Notes under the pieces: generated by a model
The model's input: the letters and a program-made list of their open reading frames with translations, nothing else
What the model was told of the DNA's origin: nothing
Database searches by the model: none
Assembly: GCA_963769885.1 (NCBI GenBank)
Contig: CAVYNH010000006.1
Span: forward strand, 672,001-736,000
Direction of reading: 5' to 3'
Length of the DNA: 64,000 nt
Source: Methanobacteriota archaeon
GTDB taxonomy: Archaea; Thermoplasmatota; E2; DHVEG-1
Made by a program: the position numbers and the translations under genes
Shown: positions 48,181 through 58,476 of the stretch, piece after piece
Layout: each line of letters starts with the position of its first letter
Position numbering within the stretch: position 1 is the first letter of the stretch

Positions 48181-48339
48181 ATGTCCGACCACAAATCATT
48201 AGGAAAGAAACTCCGATTAACCAAAGCAGTCAAGAGCAACCGCCGCGTGCCCGCCTGGGTCATGATCCGGACGAACCGCCGATTCACCCGCCACCCCCAC
48301 ACGCGCAACTGGCGCCGCAACGCCCTGAAACGGAGCTGA
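48181..48339 (+). CDS. rpl39e: 50S ribosomal protein L39e
   Basis: Not in the ORF track: [52 protein letters not shown]. Confidence 0.95.
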   Translation: MSDHKSLGKKLRLTKAVKSNRRVPAWVMIRTNRRFTRHPHTRNWRRNALKRS

Positions 48340-48347
48340 GATAGTCC

Positions 48348-49031
48348 ATGGCAGACAAACCCGCTGAACAGGAACTCGAACGCATCTACGTTGTCCCACT
48401 TTCTACGATAAAAAAAGGCCGCACCAGTGTCGCCGCACCCCGCGCCGTCAACGAAGTCCGCGCCTTCCTTGTCAAGCATATGAAGGTCGAGAAGAAGAAC
48501 GTCTGGATCGATGACAGCGTCAACAAGGAACTCTGGGCCCACGGTAAATACTGGATTCCACGAAAGATCCGCGTCCGCGCCGTCAAATTCGACGACGGCG
48601 TCGTCGAAGCCACACTCCCAGAGCTGGCGGAGAAGACCTCCCGGCGCGAGCAGCTCAAAGAAGAAAAGGAGAAGAAGACCCCGATCCTCAAGAAAGAGGA
48701 GGCGCCCGCCGCAGAAGGCGTGCCCGGGGCTGAGGATTACACGATTACGCCCTCCGCTGACGGCGAAGTGAAGATTAAGAAGAAGAAGCCTGTTAAAGAA
48801 GGCGAAGAAGCCGTTGAAGAGAAGGTCCCCGCCGAGAAGCCCGCGGCCGAGGAACAACCACCGACCCCTGAGCCGAAGGAAGCCATCGCCGAGAAACCCG
48901 AGGCCAAACCCAAGGCGCCCAAGAAGAAAGCGGAGCCCGCGGAAAAACCCCAAAAGAAAGCCTCAGAGAAAGCGCCGAAGAAGGCTGCCCCCAAGAAGAC
49001 CACGCCTAAGAAAGAAAAAGAAGAAAAGTAA
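48348..49031 (+). CDS. rpl31e: 50S ribosomal protein L31e with long K/E/P/A-rich C-terminal extension
   Basis: ERIYVVPL...APRAV..VR.F..KHMK...NKELW..G...PRKIRV. Confidence 0.93.
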   Translation: MADKPAEQELERIYVVPLSTIKKGRTSVAAPRAVNEVRAFLVKHMKVEKKNVWIDDSVNKELWAHGKYWIPRKIRVRAVKFDDGVVEATLPELAEKTSRREQLKEEKEKKTPILKKEEAPAAEGVPGAEDYTITPSADGEVKIKKKKPVKEGEEAVEEKVPAEKPAAEEQPPTPEPKEAIAEKPEAKPKAPKKKAEPAEKPQKKASEKAPKKAAPKKTTPKKEKEEK

Positions 49032-49116
49032 CCAATTCACTCTTTTCTTCTCTTTATTTTTCTCTCCTCGATAGGTTAAGTTTATATAGTATTCTGGAAA
49101 CTACCCTGGCGATACC

Positions 49117-49800
49117 GTGACCCTCGAGACCCCCCAGCTGACGCTCATCGACTTCAACGAAAACCCCAACGTCGGCATTTACTGCCGCGCCAACAACAAA
49201 TCCGCCTTCGTCCAAAAAGGGCTGACCAAAAAAGCGAAACAGACCATCGCGGACACCCTCGCCGTCAAGGTCGTCGACATCTGCATCTGCGACGCCACCA
49301 TCATCGGCTCACTGCTCGCCCTCAACAACCACGGTGCGATCGTCACCGAAGCCATCGACGACGTCTCCCACAAAAAACTCAAAGACCAAGGCCTCCATAT
49401 TCTCTTACTTAAGGATATCATCAACGCCGCGGGCAACGACATCCTCACCAACGACCACGGCTGCCTCGTCCACCCCGAGATGAAGACACCGACCCTCAAA
49501 AAAATCCAGGATACCCTCGGCGTCCCGGTCGAACGCGGCTGCATCGCCGGCCTCGGCACCGTCGGCATGGCCGCCGTCGTCACCAACAAAGGCTGCCTCT
49601 GCCACCCCAAGATTGACAAAACCGAACAGCAGCACCTCGAGGAGCTCTTCAAGGTCAAGACCATGATCGGCACCGTCAACCACGGTTTCCCCATGATCGG
49701 CAGCGGCCTCGTCGCCAACGACCACGGCGCCCTCATCGGCAGGCTTACCACCGGCATCGAAATGGGCCGTATTGATGAAGCATTGGGCTTCCTCCAATAA
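49117..49800 (+). CDS. eif6: Translation initiation factor 6 (aIF6)
   Basis: NPNVGIY, GN.IL.ND, GTVN.G...GSGLVAN..G...G..TTG.E..RI..AL. Confidence 0.95.
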   Translation: MTLETPQLTLIDFNENPNVGIYCRANNKSAFVQKGLTKKAKQTIADTLAVKVVDICICDATIIGSLLALNNHGAIVTEAIDDVSHKKLKDQGLHILLLKDIINAAGNDILTNDHGCLVHPEMKTPTLKKIQDTLGVPVERGCIAGLGTVGMAAVVTNKGCLCHPKIDKTEQQHLEELFKVKTMIGTVNHGFPMIGSGLVANDHGALIGRLTTGIEMGRIDEALGFLQ

Positions 49801-49886
49801 CTATTAACGCCTCCTAACAGTCTCACTGCGGTAACGGGAGAGCCTGGTTTTTTCCGAAATATTCAAATAGTGCCACTGGTTTACAT

Positions 49887-49971
49887 GGGCTAGGCGGAGA
49901 GATGGGATTGCAAGTGAAACACAAACTCGTTTTTTAGGGAATACGGAGTATACACCTCCGCCGCCTCCCCC
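49887..49971 (+). ncRNA. Candidate structured small RNA between eif6 and thrS
   Basis: GGCGGAG (49893) / CTCCGCC (49956) closing stem with internal hairpins; TATA-like TTCAAATA upstream; pyrimidine tract downstream. Confidence 0.35.
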
Positions 49972-50059
49972 AAACTTCTCTTACACCACTCCATTTTTTT
50001 CTTCTCTACTGCACCAGTATGTTTATGAACCGCGATTTTATTAAAGCCCTCGATTCGCC

Positions 50060-51958
50060 ATGAAACTCCTCCTTATCCACAGTGATTTCATCGAGTACGA
50101 GGTCAAGGAAAAAGCCATCCCCCAGCCTGAAGAGATCACCACCAGGACCGGCCGGCTCGAGGAGGCCCTGACCGTCTTCGTCGCCGTCGAAAAAGTCGAC
50201 GAAAAGGCTCCAGAGCAGGCCGTCAAGGAAGCCGCCGATGCCATCGTCAAGATGGCGGAGCAGCTCAAGGTCAGCAACATCATGGTCTACCCCTACGCCC
50301 ACCTCAGCAGCAACCTCTCCAATGCCAAGACCGGCAAGGAGGTCCTCGCCAACCTCGAGGCCGAACTGAAGACCCGCGGCGACTACACCGTCAAACGCTC
50401 CCCCTTCGGCTGGTACAAGGCCTTCACTATCAAATGCAAAGGCCACCCCCTCTCCGAGCTCTCCCGGGAGATTGTCCCTACCGGCGAAGCCAGAGAAATA
50501 AAAAGCACCGAGGAGACCGAATCCCTCAAACAAGAACGCAAACTCAGCTCCTACTGGTACATCCTCAACACCGACGGCACCCTCACCGAGATCGACAACT
50601 TCAACTTCACTGGCCACAAGAACCTGCGGACCTTCGCCTTCTACGAAAAAGAAAAATCAAGGGCCATCAAGGGAGAACCAGCCCACGTCAAACTCATGAA
50701 GACCCTGGAGATCGCGGACTACGAACCCGCGTCAGACGCGGGCAACATGCGCTTCTACCCCAAAGGCCGCCTCATGAAAAGCCTCCTCGAAGACTACGTC
50801 ACCCAGCGGGTCATCGACTACGGCGGCATGGAAGTCGAAACCCCCATCATGTACGACATGGAGCACCCCACCCTCTCCAAGTACCTCGCCCGCTTCCCCG
50901 CCCGCCAATACCAAATCGAAAGCGACAAACGCCGATTCTTCCTCCGCTTCGCCGCCTGCTTCGGCCAATTCCTCATGGCCCACGACGCCACCATCAGCTA
51001 CAAAGACCTCCCCCTCAAAATCTACGAACTCACCCGCTACAGCTTCCGCCGCGAACAATCCGGCGAACTCACCGGACTCCGACGCCTCCGAGCCTTCACC
51101 ATGCCAGACGTCCACGCCATGGTCAGCGACATGCCCATGGCCATGGACGAGTTCGTCATCCGCTACAACCTCAGCCTCAGCGTCCTCAACCACATCGGCA
51201 TCACCACCGACGACATCGAGATGGCGCTGCGCACCACCAAAGACTTCTACCAGAAAAACAAAGACTTCATGGTCAGCCTCGCCAAAAAATTCGGCAAACC
51301 CGTCCTCCTCGAAATGTGGGACGAACGCATCTTCTACTTCATCCTCAAATACGAGTTCAACTTCGTCGATATGTCCGACAAAGCCAGCGCCCTCAGCACC
51401 GACCAGATCGACATCGAAAACGGCGAACGCTACGACATCACCTTCACCGACAAAGACGGCACCAGAAAACACCCCTACATCCTCCACTGCAGCCCCAGCG
51501 GCGCCATCGAACGCGTCCTCTACGCCCTCCTCGAAAAGGAAGCCATCAAAATAAGCAAAGGACAAAAACCCATGCTGCCGCTCTGGCTCTCCCCTACCCA
51601 GGTCCGGCTCATCCCCGTCACCGACGAATTCCAACCCGACTGCGAACGCTTCGCCGCCGAACTCGCCATGCTCTCCCCCTGCTACGTCATCCGCACCGAC
51701 ATCGACAACCGCGAGGAAAGCGTCAGTAAAAAAATCAGAGAAGCAGAGAAGGAATGGATCCCCTATATCGTCGTCATCGGCGACAAAGAACGCACCAGCG
51801 GCACCATCACCCCCCGCTGCCGGCTCCCATCCCTCGGCGGCGGCGAGTACACCGTCGCCCAGTTCCATGAACACATCATCGTCCAGACCAAAGACTACCC
51901 GCAACAAAAACTCCCCCTCCCCCAGCACCTCTCCAAACGCCCCAAGTTCACTGGATAA
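50060..51958 (+). CDS. thrS: Threonyl-tRNA synthetase (archaeal type with N-terminal editing domain)
   Basis: MKLLLIHSD, YPYAHL, PFGWYKAF, CKGHPLSELSR, RFAACFG, HCSPSGAIER. Confidence 0.97.
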   Translation: MKLLLIHSDFIEYEVKEKAIPQPEEITTRTGRLEEALTVFVAVEKVDEKAPEQAVKEAADAIVKMAEQLKVSNIMVYPYAHLSSNLSNAKTGKEVLANLEAELKTRGDYTVKRSPFGWYKAFTIKCKGHPLSELSREIVPTGEAREIKSTEETESLKQERKLSSYWYILNTDGTLTEIDNFNFTGHKNLRTFAFYEKEKSRAIKGEPAHVKLMKTLEIADYEPASDAGNMRFYPKGRLMKSLLEDYVTQRVIDYGGMEVETPIMYDMEHPTLSKYLARFPARQYQIESDKRRFFLRFAACFGQFLMAHDATISYKDLPLKIYELTRYSFRREQSGELTGLRRLRAFTMPDVHAMVSDMPMAMDEFVIRYNLSLSVLNHIGITTDDIEMALRTTKDFYQKNKDFMVSLAKKFGKPVLLEMWDERIFYFILKYEFNFVDMSDKASALSTDQIDIENGERYDITFTDKDGTRKHPYILHCSPSGAIERVLYALLEKEAIKISKGQKPMLPLWLSPTQVRLIPVTDEFQPDCERFAAELAMLSPCYVIRTDIDNREESVSKKIREAEKEWIPYIVVIGDKERTSGTITPRCRLPSLGGGEYTVAQFHEHIIVQTKDYPQQKLPLPQHLSKRPKFTG

Positions 51959-52017
51959 CCACAGAATTACGCCTTCATCGTCCAAAGAAAAAAAATGATC
52001 CCAGGGAGAAAAGGCCC

Positions 52018-53149
52018 ATGCTCGCACGAAAAGAAATCCAGAAGATAGCCGAGTCCTACGACCCCGCCCAGATCACCATCGGCGTCCTCGGAGGACACTC
52101 CGCCCTGGACGTCTGCCGCGGCGCAAAAAAATACGGGTTCCACACCCTTGCCGTCTGTCAACAAGGCAGAGACAAGACCTACAGCAAGTACCTACCGCAC
52201 CAGACCCGATGGCCGCGGTTGCGTCGACGCCACCATTACCCTGGACAAGTTCTCGGACATCACCACCCCCGAGGTCCAACGACAACTCCGAGACCACAAC
52301 ACCATCTTCATCCACAACCGCTACTTCTGGGTCTACTTCAACTTCACCGACATCGAAAACAACTTCCGCGTCCCCATCTTCGGCACCCGCAGCATGCTCA
52401 AACTCGAGGAGCGAGACGTCCCCAAAAACCAGTACTACCTCCTGGAAAGAGCAGGAATCCGCCACCCCAAGATCTTTCAATCGCCTAAGGACATCGACCG
52501 CCTCGTCCTCGTCAAGGTCAACGAGGCCGCCCGCGGCTACGAACGCGCCTTCTTCTACGCCTCCACACCCGGAGACTACCAGACCAAGGCAACCGAACTG
52601 CTGAGGAAAAAGATAATCACTCCCGATGCCCTGAAGAAAGCAGTCATCGAGGAGTATGTCGTCGGCGCTCAGATCAACTTCAACTACTTCTACTCAAGCC
52701 TCGACGACGAACTTGAGATCATGGGGACCGACACCCGACGGCAGACGAACCTCGACGGTCTCATCCGCCTCCCGGCCAATGAACAGCTCGAAGTCCTCAA
52801 GTATCTCCAGCCGAAGATCATCGAGACCGGACACATCGCAGCGACGACGAAGGAATCGATCATCGAGAAGATCTTCGACCTCGGAGAGAAATTCGTGGCG
52901 ATTACGAAGAAGGAATGCCCGCCTGGAATCATCGGCCCCTTCGCCCTCCAAGGCGCCATCGCCGCCGATAAAGGAAAGGAGGAAATGGTAGTTTTCGACG
53001 TCTCTATGCGCATTCCCGGTAGCCCGCTGACTCCCTTCACACCCCATACGAGTTACCTCTACGGCACCTCGATTAGCTATGGGGAACGCATCGCCATGGA
53101 GATAAAGAAAGCCGTGAACACGCAGCGGCTCAAGGACATCGTCACCTAA
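52018..53149 (+). CDS. purP: AICAR formyltransferase PurP / PurP-like ATP-grasp protein (one extra base at ~52191)
   Basis: GGHSALDV..GAK..GF.T; ERAFF; GTDTRRQTN.DG; GH...T..ES; GIIGPFALQ. Confidence 0.88.
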
Positions 53150-53718
53150 ACGTCTTTTTTCGGGATGATCGTCCGCTGTTCCGTCAGGATCATATCGAGG
53201 GGAATGTCATGCGGTTCCGTCGGGATGCGGGGAACAATCTGATTCTCGAAAGCGAGGCCAAACGTGAGGACCTGATGCGGATAGTGAAGGAGGCGGTCAT
53301 AGAACCCCATGCCATGGCCGATGCGCCGACCGGCTTCGTCAAAGGCGACGCCGGGGATGATACAGAGGTCGAGGTCCTCGAAGCGAGCGGGCATGCGATA
53401 TTCCTTCTTGGGTTCGGGAATTGAGTAGGGACCGAGGGTGAGGTCGTCCCAGCGGCGGAGGAGCGACAGGGAGAGGGTCTTGGTGGCGGGGTCGGTGCAG
53501 GGGACGACGACGCGTTTGCCGCTGAGAAGGCTGCGTTTGATCATATCGTGCGTGGCGACTTCGTTGTCGTAGGAGACGTAGAAGAGGATGGTCTGGGCGG
53601 TGGCGTACTCGGGGCGTTGGAAGAGGCGGTCGAGGATCATCTGGCTTTTGACCTGGACTTCGCGGGGAAGCATGGCCGCGCGTCGTTGCAGGGCCGCGGT
53701 TCGGATGTCGTCTTTCAT
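53146..53718 (-). CDS. 5-formyltetrahydrofolate cyclo-ligase
   Basis: YVSYDNEV.T, PGVAFD..G.RIG.G.GFYDR, EPHDIPLD. Confidence 0.93.
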   Translation of the reverse strand: MKDDIRTAALQRRAAMLPREVQVKSQMILDRLFQRPEYATAQTILFYVSYDNEVATHDMIKRSLLSGKRVVVPCTDPATKTLSLSLLRRWDDLTLGPYSIPEPKKEYRMPARFEDLDLCIIPGVAFDEAGRRIGHGMGFYDRLLHYPHQVLTFGLAFENQIVPRIPTEPHDIPLDMILTEQRTIIPKKDV

Positions 53719-53855
53719 CGGGGTTCCACCCCTGGGGTGTGTGAAGGTGTGTGAGGGATGGTATCGTTTTGGTGGTTTTTAAGCACCTCGTTGGTTGGTG
53801 TACGGCGGTATCTTGGTTAGTATCGGGGCGGTATTAAAAAAATTAATATATAATA

Positions 53856-54104
53856 ATGCGATTCGTTTGTGTGGGGGAATTTCCGTTGGACGACAAGCAG
53901 TTGACGTTTGAGGACGGTATCACGTTGTGTAAGCATGTGTTTCAGTGTGCGATCCATAAGACGCTGAATGGGGTGCCTGAGGAGTGGATGATTTTTTCGA
54001 AGACGCATCAGGTGTTATCGGAGCTGGGGTATGTGACGGACCTTGAGGAGCTGCAGATGGTGCTCTTCAAGCTGAACCTGGATAATATCTACCCGAAAGT
54101 GTAG
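53856..54104 (+). CDS. Small hypothetical protein
   Basis: 82-aa ORF with AT-rich upstream promoter-like region; no family recognised. Confidence 0.6.
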   Translation: MRFVCVGEFPLDDKQLTFEDGITLCKHVFQCAIHKTLNGVPEEWMIFSKTHQVLSELGYVTDLEELQMVLFKLNLDNIYPKV

Positions 54105-54202
54105 GAGCGCCAGGGAGGATCTCCGGTTCTTTTTGCCAAAAGAAAATTCGATATCGTAGAAGAAGAAAATGAAAAAAAGGAGAAGCGGGGGGGGTGCCTT
54201 CT

Positions 54203-55150
54203 CTAGGTGAAGATCATGAAGAAGAGGAGGAGTATCCCGCTGCGGGTGATGTTGATGGTTCGGACGTTGGCACCGCCTATTTGGAGGGAGAACTGGATTC
54301 TCCCGAAGCCGAGGATGAACATTTTTATGGATGTGGAGTTCCCCGGTCCGAGGTCCGGCAGGGTCCCGTTCAGATGTTTGCCGAGGAGGACGAACCCAGT
54401 CAACGTGGAATTCCACCAGAGGTCCTGCGCGGTGACGTTCCCGGTGTTGGTGATGGTGAGTCCTCGGAAACCAAACCTGCATGACAGCGTCGTTTCCGTT
54501 AACCCGTAGGTCCGGAAGCACATGTCCCAGGTTCCATTCCCGGCATTACGTGGCGTGCTTGCAGGAGACGATCCTTGCACCGAGGGCGCGCCAACAACGG
54601 TCGAGTTCCAGTTCGTCCCGTCAATGCTTATCCAGGCACACCCGTTGGGGTACGCGGTCGAGTCGTTGCTCCCCGCCCAGATGAACCAGTTGGCGGTGAC
54701 GTTCTCGGTCCTACAGACGATGTAGTAAGTGTCGCCGGGGACGACCCAGCAGTCGGGGACGTCGCAATCCACCCAGGTGACGTTCAGGTTCGTGAATTCC
54801 TCCGTAGGGACGTCGACGGAAACGAGGTCTGCGCCAGCCAAGTCCTGGCGGATCGAGACGGTGAGCGGATGTGTGGTCGTGGTATTCTTCCCGGCCTCGA
54901 GCTGAACCCGGGTGAGGACCTCTTTGGTTGGGACAAACGACTGGGCAACCTGAATATTGACAGACAGCGCCTCGTAGCTCCCGATGAGCATGATATTGTT
55001 GCTCGTTTCCTGTTTCTGGTCGAGCTCATCAACATAGACCGGCGACCCGGTCTGCATCGCTGGATTCGCGTAGGCATCGGCTCGCGGCAGGACCACAGAG
55101 AGTCCAGCGACCACGAGCACACACGCTATCAGTATGGATAGTTTTCGCAT
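54203..55150 (-). CDS. Secreted hypothetical protein (surface-protein type)
   Basis: Signal peptide from ATG 55150; DELDQ.Q, AQSF.P, D.CF.TYG motifs. Confidence 0.7.
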   Translation of the reverse strand: MRKLSILIACVLVVAGLSVVLPRADAYANPAMQTGSPVYVDELDQKQETSNNIMLIGSYEALSVNIQVAQSFVPTKEVLTRVQLEAGKNTTTTHPLTVSIRQDLAGADLVSVDVPTEEFTNLNVTWVDCDVPDCWVVPGDTYYIVCRTENVTANWFIWAGSNDSTAYPNGCAWISIDGTNWNSTVVGAPSVQGSSPASTPRNAGNGTWDMCFRTYGLTETTLSCRFGFRGLTITNTGNVTAQDLWWNSTLTGFVLLGKHLNGTLPDLGPGNSTSIKMFILGFGRIQFSLQIGGANVRTINITRSGILLLFFMIFT

Positions 55151-55314
55151 AAACCTTCCTCCAATCCTGCTATTAACCCTGTTGTTCATAAAACTTCCGC
55201 TGAAGCATCCCCCGTCCCTGAGAGCCGTGGTAACAATAGGGGAGGCATCCTACGGCTCCCCCTGGAGCAGGTTTAAATACCTTAAAAGACATAGAAATCA
55301 TAAGGGATTCAATC

Positions 55315-57213
55315 ATGAAGCGCCTCGCCCTCCTCCTCACCTTCCTGGTGGTCCTCAGCGGACTTGGCGCTGCCAGCATTCCAACCACCAGCCCCACCTC
55401 ATCCCTCAGAACCTCCCAGAGTCTTTCCCTCCGATTCACCTCTGCCCCTCTACTCCAGGAAAAAAACGGAGACTACCGGGTCACCATCGCCGGCGCCGCC
55501 TCCCAACTCTCTGAACGAAACAAGCCGATGCTCCCACTTCAAATCCAGACCATCCAGCTGCCTTGGGGCGCCCAGAACATCCAAGTCCACTGTACCATCC
55601 CCGAAACGCATACCATGATCCTGGACAGAGACATCGCCCCCGCCCAGATTTATCGGCGCGATCAACTGCCTCCCGCGCCCATGAAAGATCCCATAGTCTA
55701 CCAGAGTAGCGACCTCTACCCACAGGCTTGGTACTCCACACGCCTAGGGGCTGGTCGCAACGAGCAGATGCGCCAGGTCGTCTTCGTCACCATCGCCTGC
55801 TATCCCGTCCGGTACGCGCCAGCCGCCCATCGCCTCGAATACACCTCAGGTTTCGATCTGACCATCACCTACGACCTCGGCCGAACCACCCCGCGGCCGA
55901 CCGGCGAACCGTTCGACATGGTCGTCATCGGCCCGAAGAAGTTCGAACGACCCCTGCAACTGCTCATTGACCATAAGAACGCCGTCGGCGTGAAAACCTA
56001 TTTCAAAGGCATGGAGGACATCCTCAGCCAGTACAACGGCACCGACCCTCCCGAGCAGGTCAAATACTTCATCAAGGAGGCCTACGACACCCACAACATC
56101 AGCTATGTCCTGCTCGTCGGCGGCCTAAAATCCTACTTCGACGCCACGGACAAAGACGGTCGCTGCTACGGCTCCACCGCCTGGTGGGTCCCGGTCCGAT
56201 ACGTGGCAATCCCGGAGGATGACGACGAGGCCTGTCTTTGCGACCTCTATTACGGCTGCTTGTACAATGCTTCAGGAGGGTTCGACAGCTGGGATTCCAA
56301 CGGCGACGGCGTCTACGCCGCCTGGAGCGCCGGCGTCCCCAACGACCAGTTCGATATGAACCCGGAGGTGTTCTACGGGCGTCTCGCCGTGACGACGATT
56401 TCGGAGCTACGGAATGTCGTCGCCAAGATCATCGCCTACGAGACGTCATCCCCGGCGAACCAGTCCTGGTTCAAGAACGTGGTCGGCGTCGGCGGCAAAA
56501 CCGTCCAGAATTTCTCCGGGAAGCCGGATGGGGAATGGCTCTGCGATCAGGCGATCGAAAACCTCAGCCTCGTCATCCCCGGTCTGAACCCGGTCCGCTG
56601 CTACTCCACGAACCGGGGCACATGGAATCTGACCCCGACTCCCTTGGCGATCGGCAAAGCGATTCGGTCTGGGGCAAGCTTCGTGGACATGGAGGGTCAT
56701 GGGAACCCGATGACGTGGAACACAATCTGGTTCGACGGTGAGTATCCCGACGACTGGTGCGGCGGCACGAACGTCTACCTGTTCTGGATGTTCCGCAATG
56801 ATAACATGCTGCCGATGGTGATCGTCGGCGGCTGCCACAACGCAATGTTCAACGTGACGTTCATGCAGAGCCTGCGGGACAGGAATGGGACCCAGTATTT
56901 CACCTATGGGATTCCGACCCCGTGGTGCTTCAGCTGGGGGCTGGTGAGGAAAGCCCATGGCGGCGCGATTGGCGCGACGGGCAGCACCGGGTACGGGCTT
57001 GCAGATGCGGATAACCCGAACTCGTTGAGCGCGGAGCTTGAGGGTGATTTCTTCCGGATGATCGGCCGCCTCAACGCGACGACCCTGGGCCAGGCGCACA
57101 GCTGGGCTGTTGAGACGTATCTTGGTGAGAACCAGATTCAGCTGGACGATGCCTTCTGCATCACGAACTGGCAGTTCTTCGGCGACCCCAGCCTAAGGAT
57201 CGGCGGCTATTAA
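55315..57213 (+). CDS. Gingipain-family (C25) cysteine peptidase with propeptide
   Basis: Signal peptide; YVLLVG, D.YY, GRL, EGHGN (His), GGCH (Cys), FGDPSL. Confidence 0.9.
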   Translation: MKRLALLLTFLVVLSGLGAASIPTTSPTSSLRTSQSLSLRFTSAPLLQEKNGDYRVTIAGAASQLSERNKPMLPLQIQTIQLPWGAQNIQVHCTIPETHTMILDRDIAPAQIYRRDQLPPAPMKDPIVYQSSDLYPQAWYSTRLGAGRNEQMRQVVFVTIACYPVRYAPAAHRLEYTSGFDLTITYDLGRTTPRPTGEPFDMVVIGPKKFERPLQLLIDHKNAVGVKTYFKGMEDILSQYNGTDPPEQVKYFIKEAYDTHNISYVLLVGGLKSYFDATDKDGRCYGSTAWWVPVRYVAIPEDDDEACLCDLYYGCLYNASGGFDSWDSNGDGVYAAWSAGVPNDQFDMNPEVFYGRLAVTTISELRNVVAKIIAYETSSPANQSWFKNVVGVGGKTVQNFSGKPDGEWLCDQAIENLSLVIPGLNPVRCYSTNRGTWNLTPTPLAIGKAIRSGASFVDMEGHGNPMTWNTIWFDGEYPDDWCGGTNVYLFWMFRNDNMLPMVIVGGCHNAMFNVTFMQSLRDRNGTQYFTYGIPTPWCFSWGLVRKAHGGAIGATGSTGYGLADADNPNSLSAELEGDFFRMIGRLNATTLGQAHSWAVETYLGENQIQLDDAFCITNWQFFGDPSLRIGGY

Positions 57214-57295
57214 CACAGATTTCTTTTTTTATCTTTGATGCTCTCAGAGGATAAGGAAAGAAGAAAAAAGGCGAGGGGGGAGGGGTTGTTTTCCC

Positions 57296-58363
57296 TTAGA
57301 CCTCTTGCATCAGGAAGGCGCCGAGGCATTGGAGGCTCTCTTCGTAGGAGTCGGGGAAGAGGAACCGCTCGGTCGCGGCGATGCTGCTGAGCAGGGCGTT
57401 CCCGTCCTGCGGGGTGAAGCAGAACCCGACGACCTCGTTTTCGTTGATGACGTGGATTGTGGGGATGATGACGACGGTCTGGTCCAGGATCCTACCGTAA
57501 TGCCCATGGTCCCGGCCGAAGGAGAACACGAGGTTGGAGGACTTCTTGTAGGTGATGGCAACGCGGGGGTTGTCCATGAACCGCTGCGCGGCCTCCTCTT
57601 TCGTGATCTTGTGGTCCAGCTTCACGTCGTACCAGATGCTGTGCATGTATTGGGTATTGACCTTCATCGAGCTTGAGAACACGTTGAGGTCGATGCCCAG
57701 GGTCTTGTAGAGATGGTAGACGTCGACGGCGTGGTGCGTGCCCATGGCCGCGTCCTTGTGGACGTCGACTTCGGGGGAGGGGACGAAGCTTTTCACCTGG
57801 CTAATGTCGTTGGCGCGGCGGATGCAGAGGAACCGGCCTTCCTTCATGTGGTTCTTCTTCTTGTCGATGCCTAGGGTGTTGATGATGACCGCGATGTTGT
57901 GGGTGTTGCAGCTGACGACGTGGATGTACTGGTCTTTTGGGGTGATCGCCTCGTCGTTGATGCCGACGGCGAACATCTTGCCGAACCCGAACTCGGAGCC
58001 TTGGGCGATGAAGCCTTTGACCTTGTTCGCATACTTGGTGTAGTATTTCTCCTTGTTCTGCATCCCGGTGCCCTTGGGAGTGCAGTCGATGACGACGCTG
58101 GCGCGCTTGATGGCCTCTTCGGCGTCGAACATGGGTTCGATGCCGAGCGTCTGGAAGTCTTTGAGTTTCTCGGGGTTGACGGCCACGTTCGCGCCCCGGT
58201 TCATCAGGCCCTTGATCTTCGGGCGGTCCTCAAGCGTGGGGCTATGCTTGTAAAAGGTGACCTCGTCGATGCCGAGGTCGTCTCTCGCGTCACAGAGCAG
58301 GCCGATGAGCGGCTCGCCGATGGTTCCTGTGCCAACCACATGGACAATATTGCCAGAACTCAT
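57296..58363 (-). CDS. Archaeal-type glyceraldehyde-3-phosphate dehydrogenase-like protein
   Basis: VVGTGTIG Rossmann, IDCTP.G, VVSCNTH catalytic Cys, RRA.D, HHA.DV. Confidence 0.75.
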   Translation of the reverse strand: MSSGNIVHVVGTGTIGEPLIGLLCDARDDLGIDEVTFYKHSPTLEDRPKIKGLMNRGANVAVNPEKLKDFQTLGIEPMFDAEEAIKRASVVIDCTPKGTGMQNKEKYYTKYANKVKGFIAQGSEFGFGKMFAVGINDEAITPKDQYIHVVSCNTHNIAVIINTLGIDKKKNHMKEGRFLCIRRANDISQVKSFVPSPEVDVHKDAAMGTHHAVDVYHLYKTLGIDLNVFSSSMKVNTQYMHSIWYDVKLDHKITKEEAAQRFMDNPRVAITYKKSSNLVFSFGRDHGHYGRILDQTVVIIPTIHVINENEVVGFCFTPQDGNALLSSIAATERFLFPDSYEESLQCLGAFLMQEV

Positions 58364-58476
58364 TTTCTCCCCAACGGGGGGGTAAGAGATACGATAATAT
58401 AATTGTTCCTGTTTTCTCCAGAGTCGCGGCCTGAAACGATAGACTTATCAGAAGGAATCCCATACCGGTTTGGTTT

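Noticed and set aside
49887-49971. tRNA or T-box riboswitch
   Set aside because: No TTCGA T-loop or cloverleaf and no T-box consensus; kept only as a generic ncRNA candidate.
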